NCBI GenBank assembly: GCA_003142475.1
Contig: PLMK01000028.1
Coordinates: 1,430 to 51,755 of the forward strand
Length of the DNA: 50,326 nucleotides
Reading direction: 5' to 3'
Source: Ignavibacteriota bacterium
GTDB taxonomy: Bacteria; Bacteroidota; Ignavibacteria; UBA10030
In this document: positions 19,300 through 29,278 of the stretch, in pieces
Position numbering within the stretch: position 1 is the first letter of the stretch
How the letters are laid out: each line of letters opens with the position of its first letter
The notes under the pieces: generated by a model
The model's database searches: none
Told to the model about the DNA's origin: nothing
The model's input: the letters and a program-made list of their open reading frames with translations, nothing else
Made by a program: the position numbers and the translations under genes

Positions 19300-20070
19300 T
19301 TGATACTCTCTGGTAAAACAATACTTATAACACGTTCAATAAGTGCAAGCGCGGAGATTCAAAGCATGCTTGAATCCCGAGGTGCATCCATAATTTGTTT
19401 GCCTACAATAGAGATTGTCGATCCAGATTCATGGGATGAATGCGATGCAAAAATTTGGATGCTTGCTGAATATGACAGCGTCTGCTTCACAAGCAAGAAC
19501 TCTGTCGAGAAATTCGTTAAGCGGATTCGCCTTCTACGCCCACAGGCATTAAATACTTTAGCCGCACGAAATTTATATGCAGTTGGAGAAAAGACCAAGT
19601 CGACATTGGAAGCAAATGGATTTTCTGTGCAGCCGATTCCACAGAGACATTCTGCGGAAAATCTGGCACAATCATTCTATGGACAGAATATTTCGGGAAG
19701 ACATTTCCTCTTCCCGAAAAGTGACATTGCAGGTGATGTTGTATCGAAAGAACTAAGGTCACTTGGTGCACTTGTTGATGAAATAATAACATATAAGACA
19801 GTTATTCCAGAGACCGGGAATCTAGAACTCGTTCGCACTTTTTTAACAAATGGAAAGATCGATATCACAACTTTTTTTAGTCCATCAAGCGTTCGTAATT
19901 TTGTAGAAATGATCGGAATTGATACATTGCGACGTGTTTTAATTGCTGTGATCGGGACAACAACGGCAGAGGCAGTGAATGAAGTTGGGTTAGAAGTTAA
20001 TATAGTTGCCAAACAGCAGACAGCGGAGAGTTTGATTCAGGGAATTGTAGAGCACTTTGGCAATTTGTGA
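19300..20070 (+). CDS. hemD: Uroporphyrinogen-III synthase
   Basis: ILITR, FTSKNSV, AVGEKT, FFSPSSV, VIGTTTA; operon context. Confidence 0.9.
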   Translation: MILSGKTILITRSISASAEIQSMLESRGASIICLPTIEIVDPDSWDECDAKIWMLAEYDSVCFTSKNSVEKFVKRIRLLRPQALNTLAARNLYAVGEKTKSTLEANGFSVQPIPQRHSAENLAQSFYGQNISGRHFLFPKSDIAGDVVSKELRSLGALVDEIITYKTVIPETGNLELVRTFLTNGKIDITTFFSPSSVRNFVEMIGIDTLRRVLIAVIGTTTAEAVNEVGLEVNIVAKQQTAESLIQGIVEHFGNL

Positions 20071-20141
20071 TGAAAGAATAAATATGCTGAATTTTGAATT
20101 CGTATTTTGCTACTCCATTCACATAAAAAGGTTATCAAAGA

Positions 20142-21188
20142 ATGACCAATGATTTATTTCTTCGTGCATGCCACCGGGAGCCGGTGGAACGAACACCTGT
20201 GTGGATGATGCGTCAGGCGGGACGTTACTTGCCGGAATATCGAGCTATCCGTGCTAAGGTAGATTTTCTAACGCTTTGCAAAACACCAGAGCTAGCAGCA
20301 GAAGTCTCTATTCAACCAGTGGACATAATCGGAGTTGACGCTTGCATTATCTTCTCAGACATTCTTGTTGTACCAGAAGCGATGGGCATGAAATTATTCG
20401 TAGAGGAAGGTAAGGGAGGACCGCGTTTTGAGAATCCTATCCGCACTCGGGCTGATATTGTTAATCTTGCCGTACCTGACCCAAATCGTGAACTAAAGTA
20501 TGTGATGGAGGCACTTCGACTCACACGAAAGCATTTAAACAACCGCGTCCCACTAATCGGTTTTGCAGGGTCGCCATGGACACTTGCTACGTATATGGTG
20601 GAAGGAAAAGGATCAAAGAATTTCCGTTCGATTAAAGAACTCATTTATTCCAATCCGAACGAAGCGCATGCATTGCTTGATAAACTTGCACGTACAGTTG
20701 CCGCTTATCTCAGTGCGAAGATTGAAGCCGGCGCACAAGCGGTGCAAATATTCGATACGTGGGGCGGTATACTACCGCCAGATGAATTCAAGGAATTCTC
20801 TCTCCGATATATCGAACAAGTTTTAAAACTTCTTAAACGTAACGGCGCTCCAACAATTGTCTTTTGTAAAGACTGCGGACATTCGATTGAAGCCATCGCA
20901 GATACCGGATGTGATGTTGTGGGACTTGATTGGTCGATCGATATCGCAAAGGCAAGAATGATGGTTGGCAGTTACGCGGCACTCCAAGGCAACCTTGATC
21001 CGACTATGTTATATGCACCGCCGGAACGTATCCGTGAAGGTGTAAAAAAAATATTAGAAAAGTTTGGTAAAGGCTCAGGTCATATTTTCAATCTGGGACA
21101 TGGCATTCTACCGGACACTCCCGTTGAGCATGCAAAAGCGTTCGTACAAGCTGTGAAAGAAGAAAGCGTAAGATATCACCGGCAATGA
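20142..21188 (+). CDS. hemE: Uroporphyrinogen decarboxylase
   Basis: PVWMMRQAGRYLPEY, FSDIL, QGNLDP, FNLGHGI. Confidence 0.97.
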   Translation: MTNDLFLRACHREPVERTPVWMMRQAGRYLPEYRAIRAKVDFLTLCKTPELAAEVSIQPVDIIGVDACIIFSDILVVPEAMGMKLFVEEGKGGPRFENPIRTRADIVNLAVPDPNRELKYVMEALRLTRKHLNNRVPLIGFAGSPWTLATYMVEGKGSKNFRSIKELIYSNPNEAHALLDKLARTVAAYLSAKIEAGAQAVQIFDTWGGILPPDEFKEFSLRYIEQVLKLLKRNGAPTIVFCKDCGHSIEAIADTGCDVVGLDWSIDIAKARMMVGSYAALQGNLDPTMLYAPPERIREGVKKILEKFGKGSGHIFNLGHGILPDTPVEHAKAFVQAVKEESVRYHRQ

Positions 21189-21214
21189 ATTAAGTTACCG
21201 ATGATCACTCAAAT

Positions 21215-22306
21215 ATGCTAAGTGCTAAAAGCCATATGCTAACCGCTAATAAAAAAACGGCTGTTGTTCTCTTTCAACTTGGCGGACCGGATTCGTTGGA
21301 GGCAGTCGAACCGTTTCTCTTTAATCTTTTCATGGATCCGGACCTCACCGATTTTCCATTGGCATTTTTATTGCGAAAGCCATTAGCGAAATTGATATCC
21401 GGCAGACGTTCTCCAAAAGTGCAAAACAACTATAAACTGATTGGCGCAAAATCTCCCATTCTCGAACTTACGCGTCTTCAGGCAAGCGCACTCAATGCTT
21501 GTCTCGTTCAGCAAGGTATTCAGGCGCGGGTATTTATCGCTATGCGGTACTGGCATCCGATGATAAACGGTGTTGTGAGTGAAATAAAAGTTGGCGGATT
21601 CGATCAAATAATTCTTATTCCGCTCTATCCGCAATTCTCGCAGGCGACGACAGGTTCCAGTGTCGACGAGTGGAATCGTCAAACAAAGAAGCAGGGTTTG
21701 AATATTCCAACACGTCTTGTATGTTGCTATCCAAATCATCCAAAATTGCTGGAAGCGCTCGTTGAAAACATTAATAAATCGCTGACGAGATTTTCCAACA
21801 CCTCGTCGGCAAATATTGATTTGGTTTTTAGCGCACATGGTATCCCTATTAGTTATATTCAAAAAGGGGATCCTTATCAGTTACACATTGAAGAAACTGT
21901 ACGCCAGGTAATGGAGCGTGGAAAATGGAAATCCTCACACATTCTTTGTTTTCAAAGTAAGATCGGGCCAATGCGTTGGCTAAAACCATCTCTTATTGAA
22001 ACAGTAGAACAGCTTGCAAGAGAGGGTCACAAGCATTTGCTAATCATTCCGATAACATTTGTAACCGATCATATTGAGACATTGCATGAAATCAATATCG
22101 ATGTACGCAGGTACGCAATGACACATGGTGTTCGGCAATTCGAACTCATGCCCGCACTAAATGACCATCCAAAATTCATAGAGTGCTTAACAGACATGGT
22201 CATACAGAAATTGACGCATACCGTTGAATGCACAACATGCGAAACGCTGTGGCGGGAAAACACCGAAAGATCAAGACCTAAAAAATGTCCACAGTATAAG
22301 CCGTAA
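21215..22306 (+). CDS. hemH: Ferrochelatase (alternative start ATG 21236)
   Basis: LGGPDS, MRYWHP, LYPQFS, FSAHGIP, FQSKIGP..WLKP, FVTDHIETLHEI. Confidence 0.95.
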   Translation: MLSAKSHMLTANKKTAVVLFQLGGPDSLEAVEPFLFNLFMDPDLTDFPLAFLLRKPLAKLISGRRSPKVQNNYKLIGAKSPILELTRLQASALNACLVQQGIQARVFIAMRYWHPMINGVVSEIKVGGFDQIILIPLYPQFSQATTGSSVDEWNRQTKKQGLNIPTRLVCCYPNHPKLLEALVENINKSLTRFSNTSSANIDLVFSAHGIPISYIQKGDPYQLHIEETVRQVMERGKWKSSHILCFQSKIGPMRWLKPSLIETVEQLAREGHKHLLIIPITFVTDHIETLHEINIDVRRYAMTHGVRQFELMPALNDHPKFIECLTDMVIQKLTHTVECTTCETLWRENTERSRPKKCPQYKP

Positions 22307-22560
22307 GATTGCTGAATAAAAAGTTCACTCCTTGTAATTCCCTTTACAAATAAAACACACGAAAATTGTGAGCGGAATTTGTTTCTATCGTTCATAGGCA
22401 GGTTCATTTACAGAACTGAAAATATTTACTGTTAAAATAATATCGTCCTAACAATTCTCTGCACTTATTTGTATCATTATAGATAACGTGTAGATTAATA
22501 TCTGTGAATTTAGTACATGACCTTCAATTATTGCTAATGCTAACATAAAGAAATGCAAAT

Positions 22561-23184
22561 ATGCATACATTTATCGATCTTTCGCTTCCCATTACCGACC
22601 AGATGCCGGTATATCCTGGTGATGAATCGCCGCATCTTTTAAAGGTGAACAATCTTACGCGTGATGGATTCAACAATTTCAGTTTGTCCACTAATATGCA
22701 CACAGGCACACACATTGACGGGCCAATGCATTTAACACAAAGCGAAAAGTTTTTAAATGAAATTCCGTTAGACCAATGTATTGGTGTAGGATGCATACTG
22801 AATGCTGTCGGCAAAAAAAATATCCCGCTAACGACAGAATATGAATTGCTCGTTCAACCACAGAACATTGTTTTACTATACACTGGAATGAGCAGTTTGT
22901 TTGGGAGCAAAGACTACTTTAATGATTATCCGACAGTCAGTAAAGCACTCGCTCAATTGTTTGTCGAGCGGCAGGTAAAAATGGTTTGCATTGATTCTCC
23001 ATCACCGGATCGACATCCGTTTGATATTCACAAACTCCTTTTAGAAAACAACGTACTTATTGCAGAAAATTTGACAAACCTTGACAAGCTTCTATTAATT
23101 GGGAAATTTGAGGTGATTGCATTGCCGCTGAAAATTCACGCTGATAGTTCGCCGGCAAGAATTGTTGCTCGAAAATTGGAGTAA
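22561..23184 (+). CDS. Cyclase-family metal-dependent hydrolase (kynurenine formamidase-like)
   Basis: HTGTHIDGPMH motif, PVYPGD, IDSPSPD, ENLTNL. Confidence 0.88.
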   Translation: MHTFIDLSLPITDQMPVYPGDESPHLLKVNNLTRDGFNNFSLSTNMHTGTHIDGPMHLTQSEKFLNEIPLDQCIGVGCILNAVGKKNIPLTTEYELLVQPQNIVLLYTGMSSLFGSKDYFNDYPTVSKALAQLFVERQVKMVCIDSPSPDRHPFDIHKLLLENNVLIAENLTNLDKLLLIGKFEVIALPLKIHADSSPARIVARKLE

Positions 23185-23283
23185 CCATATAAACACAACA
23201 TCAAACAATTCTTTCTGTGAGCGTCCCCCGCACGTGCCAAAGCCGACATGGCAGTTAAAGAAATTAGATTGAGGACAAATACT

Positions 23284-24504
23284 ATGAAAAAGAAAATATC
23301 TCAACAACTTTCTATCGCTACACGGGCAATTCATGGAAAAAAATTATTTGCATTTAAGGGGCCGGTTGCGACTCCGATCTATCAAACTTCCACGTATAGA
23401 TTTGAAACATCAGAAGACGCAATTAGGTACGCGAAAGGTGACCCGACTGTATATGTCTATTCGCGCTATCACAATCCAACCGTGCATGACGTAGAAGAAA
23501 AACTTGCATTGATAGAAAATGGTGAAACAGCGGTACTCTTCTCGTCTGGTATGGCTGCAATCACCACCGCAATTCTTGCAGTGACAAAAGCGGGCAACAA
23601 TATCATCAGTACGCCAGCTTTATACGGCGGCACGTACCGATGGATGCGAGACGAATTGCCAAAACAAAATATTGGCGTACGCTTTATTGATCCTAATCAT
23701 CTCGCAGAAATATCACATGCCGCTGACGAACGAACAACCATCGTTTATATTGAAACTCCGACCAATCCCACGCTTACGATAGTGGATATCGCAGAAGCTG
23801 TGCGTCAAACCAAGAAAGCCGGAAAAAGATTGAGTCGCCCTATTTTAACGATGATTGACAATACGTTTGCTACAATTATTAATCAGGATCCATTCAAACT
23901 CGGCATTGACGTCGTCACGGAAAGCGCAACCAAATACCTTGGCGGCCATACCGACATTCTCGCCGGTGTTGTTGTAGGTAAGGAAGAGTTTGTTAAACGT
24001 GTGCGTATGCTTGGAAAATATCATGGTGGTTGCGCCGACCCATTTGCGGCATATTTGCTCGGCAGAAGTCTGAAGACGTTCGAACTTCGCGTGCACAGGC
24101 AAAATGAAAATGCTCTGGCTCTTGCACATGCGCTGGAGAAAAACAAGAAGGTAAATCGAGTAATCTATCCGGGACTTCCATCTCATCCGCAATTTCAAAT
24201 TGCAAAGAAGCAAATGACTGGCTTCGGTGGAATGGTTACGATTGAAGTTAAGCCGGCGAAGCGTTACTCGCCGGTCGAAACAGCGGCAAAGGTTTGCGAT
24301 AATCTTAAAGTCGCCGTGAACGCAATGTCACTGGGGGGTGTGGAGACGCTCGTTAGCATTCCTGTCTATTCATCGCATATCTTTATGTCCGACGCAGAAT
24401 TGAAGCGGCACGGTGTAACAGCAGGAATGATCCGCATTTCTGTTGGTGTAGAAGGAATCGAAGATTTAATTGAAGACTTTGAACAAGCGCTAAATAATAT
24501 TTAA
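23284..24504 (+). CDS. Trans-sulfuration PLP enzyme (cystathionine gamma-synthase/lyase family); ORF open from 23248
   Basis: PIYQTSTY, YSRYHNPT, ETPTNP, DNTF, SATKYLGGH (PLP Lys), SLGGVETL. LYGGTY rather than the LYGCT typical of methionine gamma-lyase. GAGG SD before ATG 23284. Confidence 0.88.
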   Translation: MKKKISQQLSIATRAIHGKKLFAFKGPVATPIYQTSTYRFETSEDAIRYAKGDPTVYVYSRYHNPTVHDVEEKLALIENGETAVLFSSGMAAITTAILAVTKAGNNIISTPALYGGTYRWMRDELPKQNIGVRFIDPNHLAEISHAADERTTIVYIETPTNPTLTIVDIAEAVRQTKKAGKRLSRPILTMIDNTFATIINQDPFKLGIDVVTESATKYLGGHTDILAGVVVGKEEFVKRVRMLGKYHGGCADPFAAYLLGRSLKTFELRVHRQNENALALAHALEKNKKVNRVIYPGLPSHPQFQIAKKQMTGFGGMVTIEVKPAKRYSPVETAAKVCDNLKVAVNAMSLGGVETLVSIPVYSSHIFMSDAELKRHGVTAGMIRISVGVEGIEDLIEDFEQALNNI

Positions 24505-24515
24505 GGAAAAATATT

Positions 24516-25421
24516 TTGAAAACTCTACGTTCTCTTGTTTTGTTGTTATGTATATTTTCTCTCTCACTGTTCAGTCAGAATGTAATCATTGTGGTAATAG
24601 ATGGCGCTCGTTATTCTGAAACGTTTGGCGCAGATTCTCTTTATATATCACATATCTGGAATCAACTTCGCCCCCTCGGTACTATATGGACAAGCTTTTA
24701 CAATGATGGACAGACTAAAACTGATCCAGGACATTCAGCAATTGCATCAGGCGCTTGGCAACAAATCGACAACAAAGGACTCGATAGACCCGAACAGCCT
24801 ACGGTATTTGAATATTTCCGCAAATATACGATGGCTCCCGAAAAGGCTACAGCGGTTGTCGTTGGAAAACAAAAATTAGATATTCTCACTTACAGTAATC
24901 ATCCTGACTATGGCAAAAAATATAAAGCTTCATCGTTCATTAGTTCAACCGATACTTCCGTAATGAATGACGTAAAAAGGGTCCTTTCATTTAATCGACC
25001 ACGGATTATGATGGTCAATCTTCCCAGCGTCGATGCTGCCGGACATTCAGGTAATTGGACAGAGTATATTACTGCGTTACATAATGCTGATTCACTTATT
25101 TGGAATCTTTGGCAGACTCTTCAGTCAAATTCTGTATATCGGAATACTACGACACTTTTTGTAACGAACGATCACGGCAGGCACGATGATACACATGACG
25201 GTTTTAAAAATCATGGTGATGGCTGTGAAGGATGCCGTCATATTCTTTGTCTTGCTATCGGGCGTGGCTTTCCTGCAAACCAGATTATCAAGCAGAGACG
25301 AACCCAATGCGATATTGCACCGACAGTTGGTGAACTTCTTTGCTTTCCGACACCATTTTCGATAGGAACAAGTCTCTTGCGGGATGTCGGTTCTGCCAAA
25401 ATAAAAATTCAAAACAAGTAA
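24516..25421 (+). CDS. Secreted alkaline-phosphatase-superfamily protein
   Basis: Signal peptide; VIIVVIDGAR, T.PGH, VDAAGH, TNDHG metal motifs. Confidence 0.8.
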   Translation: MKTLRSLVLLLCIFSLSLFSQNVIIVVIDGARYSETFGADSLYISHIWNQLRPLGTIWTSFYNDGQTKTDPGHSAIASGAWQQIDNKGLDRPEQPTVFEYFRKYTMAPEKATAVVVGKQKLDILTYSNHPDYGKKYKASSFISSTDTSVMNDVKRVLSFNRPRIMMVNLPSVDAAGHSGNWTEYITALHNADSLIWNLWQTLQSNSVYRNTTTLFVTNDHGRHDDTHDGFKNHGDGCEGCRHILCLAIGRGFPANQIIKQRRTQCDIAPTVGELLCFPTPFSIGTSLLRDVGSAKIKIQNK

Positions 25422-25440
25422 TAGCGGTTTCTCCTCTCAC

Positions 25441-26028
25441 ATGCAGATCGCTATTGGGTCCATCAGACATTATTTTCAATCATTTCAACATAGCACACAA
25501 GAAAATTCCGAACTCACTCCCGCTGCTGTCCTCATCCTGCTTTTCAAAAAAAACGATCAGCTTCATGTCATTTTAACGAAGCGCACTGACAGAGTAAAAC
25601 ATCATAAGGGACAAATTTCTTTTCCTGGCGGAACAAAAGACAGCGCCGACATGACTATTATAGATACAGCGCTACGGGAAACGGAAGAAGAAATCGGATT
25701 AACACGGGATACCGTTGAAATTCTTGGAATGCTAAACGATTTCTGTACCCCAAGCGGCTTTTGTATAACTCCTATTGTAGGATTTCTGACAGCAATTCCA
25801 TCTTTTATCCTAAACAAAATAGAAGTATCCGAAATCTTCGATGTTCCGTTATCGTTCTTCCTTGATTCCCGCAACGAACGTATGGAACAGCATGAGCGTT
25901 CCGGTAAAATGACGAATGTGTATTTCTATAAATATAGTAAATATGAAATTTGGGGAGTGACAGCGGCCATATTACGTTCGTTTTTAATTGATCTTGGTAC
26001 ACAAAAGGGGCAGAAAAAGACTTTGTAA
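25441..26028 (+). CDS. Nudix hydrolase, CoA pyrophosphatase family
   Basis: LTKR...HKGQISFPGG plus Nudix box ALRETEEEIG, IWGVTA. Confidence 0.9.
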   Translation: MQIAIGSIRHYFQSFQHSTQENSELTPAAVLILLFKKNDQLHVILTKRTDRVKHHKGQISFPGGTKDSADMTIIDTALRETEEEIGLTRDTVEILGMLNDFCTPSGFCITPIVGFLTAIPSFILNKIEVSEIFDVPLSFFLDSRNERMEQHERSGKMTNVYFYKYSKYEIWGVTAAILRSFLIDLGTQKGQKKTL

Positions 26029-26051
26029 ATCTGGCAATTCTTGATTATATT
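26023..26051 (+). promoter_or_regulatory. sigma70-type promoter for rpsT
   Basis: TTGTAA-17 nt-TATATT. Confidence 0.6.
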
Positions 26052-26116
26052 TATTCAACAAAGAAAAAGAAGTAACATCAAGATGCCCTGAGTTTAGGAC
26101 AAAGGAGATTGAATAA

Positions 26117-26371
26117 ATGCCACAACATAAATCAGCAGTAAAACGAGTTCGCCAGTACGCAAGCCGGGCAGAAGGCAATAAAAATCGCCTCTCGAAGGCG
26201 AAAACACTTGTAAAGAAAGTGCGTTCTTCCAAGACTAAGGAGGAAGCAAGTTTAGCATTGAAAAACGCTGTGAAGTACCTTGACCAGCTTGGTGCCAAAG
26301 GCACAATTCACAAGAACAATGCTTCCAACCAGAAGTCAAGACTGACAAAGTTTGTTAACAAAATTAAGTAA
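26117..26371 (+). CDS. rpsT: 30S ribosomal protein S20
   Basis: MPQHKSAVKRVRQ, KGTIHKNNASNQKSRL; AAGGAG SD. Confidence 0.97.
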   Translation: MPQHKSAVKRVRQYASRAEGNKNRLSKAKTLVKKVRSSKTKEEASLALKNAVKYLDQLGAKGTIHKNNASNQKSRLTKFVNKIK

Positions 26372-26393
26372 GTTATTTTAAGAGCATAGTGAC

Positions 26394-26426
26394 AAAAAAC
26401 CCCGATCCAAATTGAATTGGGGTTTT
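26394..26426. terminator. Bidirectional intrinsic terminator between rpsT and the convergent TPR gene
   Basis: AAAACCCCGAT-9 nt-ATTGGGGTTTT with A/T tails on both sides. Confidence 0.75.
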
Positions 26427-26494
26427 GCATTTCGTGATATAATTCATAAAAGTTTCAAAATCTTTGAGAGTCTTATAAAAACAAATTGGACCTA

Positions 26495-27754
26495 TTATCC
26501 TCCACTTTTTTTCTTTAATTCTTCTAACTCAGCAATCCGTTTTTCGTACCGCTCTTTTTCCGCTGGTTTATTGTGCGCCAGTGTTCTGTACGCTTTAATT
26601 GCATCGTCATACCAGCCTTGCTTGGCATAAATTTCTGCAAGTGTCGGCGTTACGAAGCCCATACCCGATTGTGTATCTTGCTCGGATACGGCAGGTGTTT
26701 CCTTCTGTGCAAAGTTGATGACAGGTGTAATTTTGCCAGCACTTTGCAATTTGTTAGTAAGCTCCTCAATTTTATTCTGTGCATTCGTGGGAATTGAATC
26801 AGTTCTCGGTAGTGTAAATTCTTGCGGCATTGAATCAGTTTTCGGTAACGTGAATTCTTGCGGTTTTACAGGAGTTTTGTTGCTCAGATACTCTTCCATT
26901 GAAACCGTGTTTTCACCAGAGAGTTCTTTCGCCCGCAGTGAACTGTAATGCTCGAAAGATTCTTCCTCAGATGGTGTTGCAGATATAAAAATATTGACAT
27001 CGGAAGTTGGTGGTGTAAATTCAAATCCTCTTGACGACTCTGTTGTTGGTGTTGGTATTTTTAGTTCTGGTTGCGGAAAATTGAATTCAGAAAACGGCGA
27101 AGTTTCGAATGTTGGCGGCGTTTCGACTAATGGTGCATTTAATCCAAAACTGCTCGTATCTTCTGTTGAAATTTCAGGACGTGGTTGAGTTATTTCATCA
27201 AAGAAATTTTGCGCTGGTGTGGCGATCGGTAACGTAGGTTCCGGCTGTTGCTCTACTTCTGTTTGTTGTTCCACTGCCGGGGGTTCAATTCCACCAAAAT
27301 TAAATGTCGGTTCCGGACTTTGTGGAACCTCTGGAAGAGTAGAAACTGGATAATCAAATCCGCTCATCATAGGCGCAGACGACTCTGGCTCTGGTTCAAC
27401 TACTTCTGGCAATAGTTCTGGAGGTGCTATTGTAAGTGTCTCTTCTGCCGGAGGCGGCATTTGCGCCAGCAAATTTATTAAAGTTTCATTGTTCGGTAGA
27501 AAATCAAGAACGAATTCAAATTCGCGACGTGCCTCCGCTTGCATATTTAATGCGGCAAGCGCTTTACCTTTTATGAGGTGCCCAGTGGTATAGAATGGAA
27601 AATTCGCAAGGCCTGCATCGCATATTTGCAATGCATCTTGTGCGCGGCTTGCCTTAAGATAGTAATGTGCTAATTGAGCAAAGAGTGGAGACTTGGCGTC
27701 TGTTCCCACTCTTTTTTCCAGCGTTGCAATATGCTGTTGAGCTACGTCGATCAT
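26495..27754 (-). CDS. TPR-like protein with a Pro/Glu-rich low-complexity linker
   Basis: N-terminal TPR-like helices (FAQLAHYY...HLIKGKAL), a long P/E/T-rich middle, and a C-terminal TPTLAEIYAKQGWYDDAIKAY helix pair. Confidence 0.75.
   Translation of the reverse strand: MIDVAQQHIATLEKRVGTDAKSPLFAQLAHYYLKASRAQDALQICDAGLANFPFYTTGHLIKGKALAALNMQAEARREFEFVLDFLPNNETLINLLAQMPPPAEETLTIAPPELLPEVVEPEPESSAPMMSGFDYPVSTLPEVPQSPEPTFNFGGIEPPAVEQQTEVEQQPEPTLPIATPAQNFFDEITQPRPEISTEDTSSFGLNAPLVETPPTFETSPFSEFNFPQPELKIPTPTTESSRGFEFTPPTSDVNIFISATPSEEESFEHYSSLRAKELSGENTVSMEEYLSNKTPVKPQEFTLPKTDSMPQEFTLPRTDSIPTNAQNKIEELTNKLQSAGKITPVINFAQKETPAVSEQDTQSGMGFVTPTLAEIYAKQGWYDDAIKAYRTLAHNKPAEKERYEKRIAELEELKKKSGG
26793..26863. 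repeat. In-frame 36-bp tandem duplication
   Basis: attgaatcagttctcggtagtgtaaattcttgcgg / attgaatcagttttcggtaacgtgaattcttgcgg, encoding PQEFTLP(K/R)TDS twice. Confidence 0.9.
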
Positions 27755-29277
27755 TGTGTTTGTTGACGAAGTTTTCTTGCCTCAAGTGCGTGCCTGATGG
27801 AGAGCCACGAAACACATGCGAATCCCATAAAATAGAGCATCTGGAATGGCAATGCAGCTATCTCTAAATAGTATAATGATGAAATCACACCGAAGAAGCA
27901 ATAGATAGCAAGAATAATTTCAATTGCTACGACCCAGTCAAATTTCTTTTTACTGACGTACATATTCTTTTTCCACGTATCTTTTTTGCCTTCGATGGCA
28001 TATTTGGGCGTCCGTACAAACTCGCTCTTACGCTTAAATAGCCCTTCAAACACAGCACGTGAATTGTTCACCGCAAATCCCATACTACCAGCCATAAAAA
28101 GAGGGAAAAGCATTATGCGCCGACGCCAATCTGGATAGACAGCTTTTTGAGAAATAAGGTAAAATAGGAACGAACCGATAAATGCGATCACAAACACAGA
28201 CATCAAAGCAAAGTACGCTTCATGCCCGCCTTGCTGTTTGATAAAAATAAGTGGGCCGTTCAATATCCCGGCCAGAAGAATAAAAGGATAGACAATGTTG
28301 CTCGTTAAATGAAATGTTGAGTGAATCTTGATACGAAGAGGTATGTTTGACTTCCATACCTCTGGAATCATTTTACGAGCAGTTTCAATAGCACCTTTCG
28401 TCCAGCGAAATTGTTGAGACTTCAATGCATTTACTTCCGCGGGTAATTCTGCCGGCGAAGTAACGTCGGTAAGATATTTGAACTTCCAACCCCGAAGTTG
28501 TGCACGATAGCTTAGATCTAAATCTTCCGTTAATGTATCCGATTGCCAATTGCCTGCATCAATAATGGTTGCCTTACGCCAAACACCACCTGTGCCGTTA
28601 AACTGAATGAAAAATCCTGCCTTGTTGCGCACATCTTGCTCTACAACAAAATGTCCGTCTAGAGCAAACGCCTGTGCGCGAGTTAACATTGAGTATTCGC
28701 GGTTTATATGTTCCCATCGTGTTTGAACCACGCCAATTTTTGGATCGGAAAAAAAATGAGGAATTGTTTTTATCAGGAAGTCTGTGTTGGGTACAAAGTC
28801 TGCATCGAAGATTGCGATGAATTCCCCGCGCGCGGTTTCAAGTCCATACTTTAGTGCGCCGGCTTTATAACCAGAACGGTTTGTACGACAGATATGTTTA
28901 ATGTCATATCCGAGAGCGCGATAGTGAGTTACTGCTTTTTCCACCAATTCAATTGTCTCGTCTGTTGAGTCGTCCAGCACCTGCACTTCCAATTTGTCTT
29001 TAGGATATTCAAGTGCACATACCGCATCAATTAGACGATTGGTAACATACAACTCATTGAACAGTGGGAGCTGTATCGTTACAATAGGCGTTTCTTTTAG
29101 AGGCGGCTGGATATTTGCGATACCACGTTGTTTCATATAATGGTACACCATTACAAATCCGTGTGCTCCAAACGCGAATAAAATGAGCAATGAAATAAAG
29201 TACAGATACATAACAAAATCCGATAATGCCGGATTTTCGATAATTTCTTGCCTAAAGAAAAATACTGCTAGTGTCAT
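27751..29277 (-). CDS. GT2 membrane glycosyltransferase, cellulose-synthase-like
   Basis: VLDDSTD, KAGAL, FDADF, TEDLD, QQFRW motifs; one N-terminal and several C-terminal TM segments. Confidence 0.92.
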   Translation of the reverse strand: MTLAVFFFRQEIIENPALSDFVMYLYFISLLILFAFGAHGFVMVYHYMKQRGIANIQPPLKETPIVTIQLPLFNELYVTNRLIDAVCALEYPKDKLEVQVLDDSTDETIELVEKAVTHYRALGYDIKHICRTNRSGYKAGALKYGLETARGEFIAIFDADFVPNTDFLIKTIPHFFSDPKIGVVQTRWEHINREYSMLTRAQAFALDGHFVVEQDVRNKAGFFIQFNGTGGVWRKATIIDAGNWQSDTLTEDLDLSYRAQLRGWKFKYLTDVTSPAELPAEVNALKSQQFRWTKGAIETARKMIPEVWKSNIPLRIKIHSTFHLTSNIVYPFILLAGILNGPLIFIKQQGGHEAYFALMSVFVIAFIGSFLFYLISQKAVYPDWRRRIMLFPLFMAGSMGFAVNNSRAVFEGLFKRKSEFVRTPKYAIEGKKDTWKKNMYVSKKKFDWVVAIEIILAIYCFFGVISSLYYLEIAALPFQMLYFMGFACVSWLSIRHALEARKLRQQTQ

Positions 29278-29278
29278 A

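Noticed and set aside
22364-22376. AATTGTGAGCGGA, identical to the left part of the E. coli lac operator
   Set aside because: The right half does not match and there is no vector or lac context; probably chance.
22446-22500. CCTAACAATTCTCTGCAC, resembling the start of an integron attC site
   Set aside because: No complementary GTTRRRY end, no stem, and no integrase or array.
26793-26863. 36-bp repeat as a possible CRISPR
   Set aside because: Two adjacent copies with no spacer, in frame within a CDS, and no cas genes.
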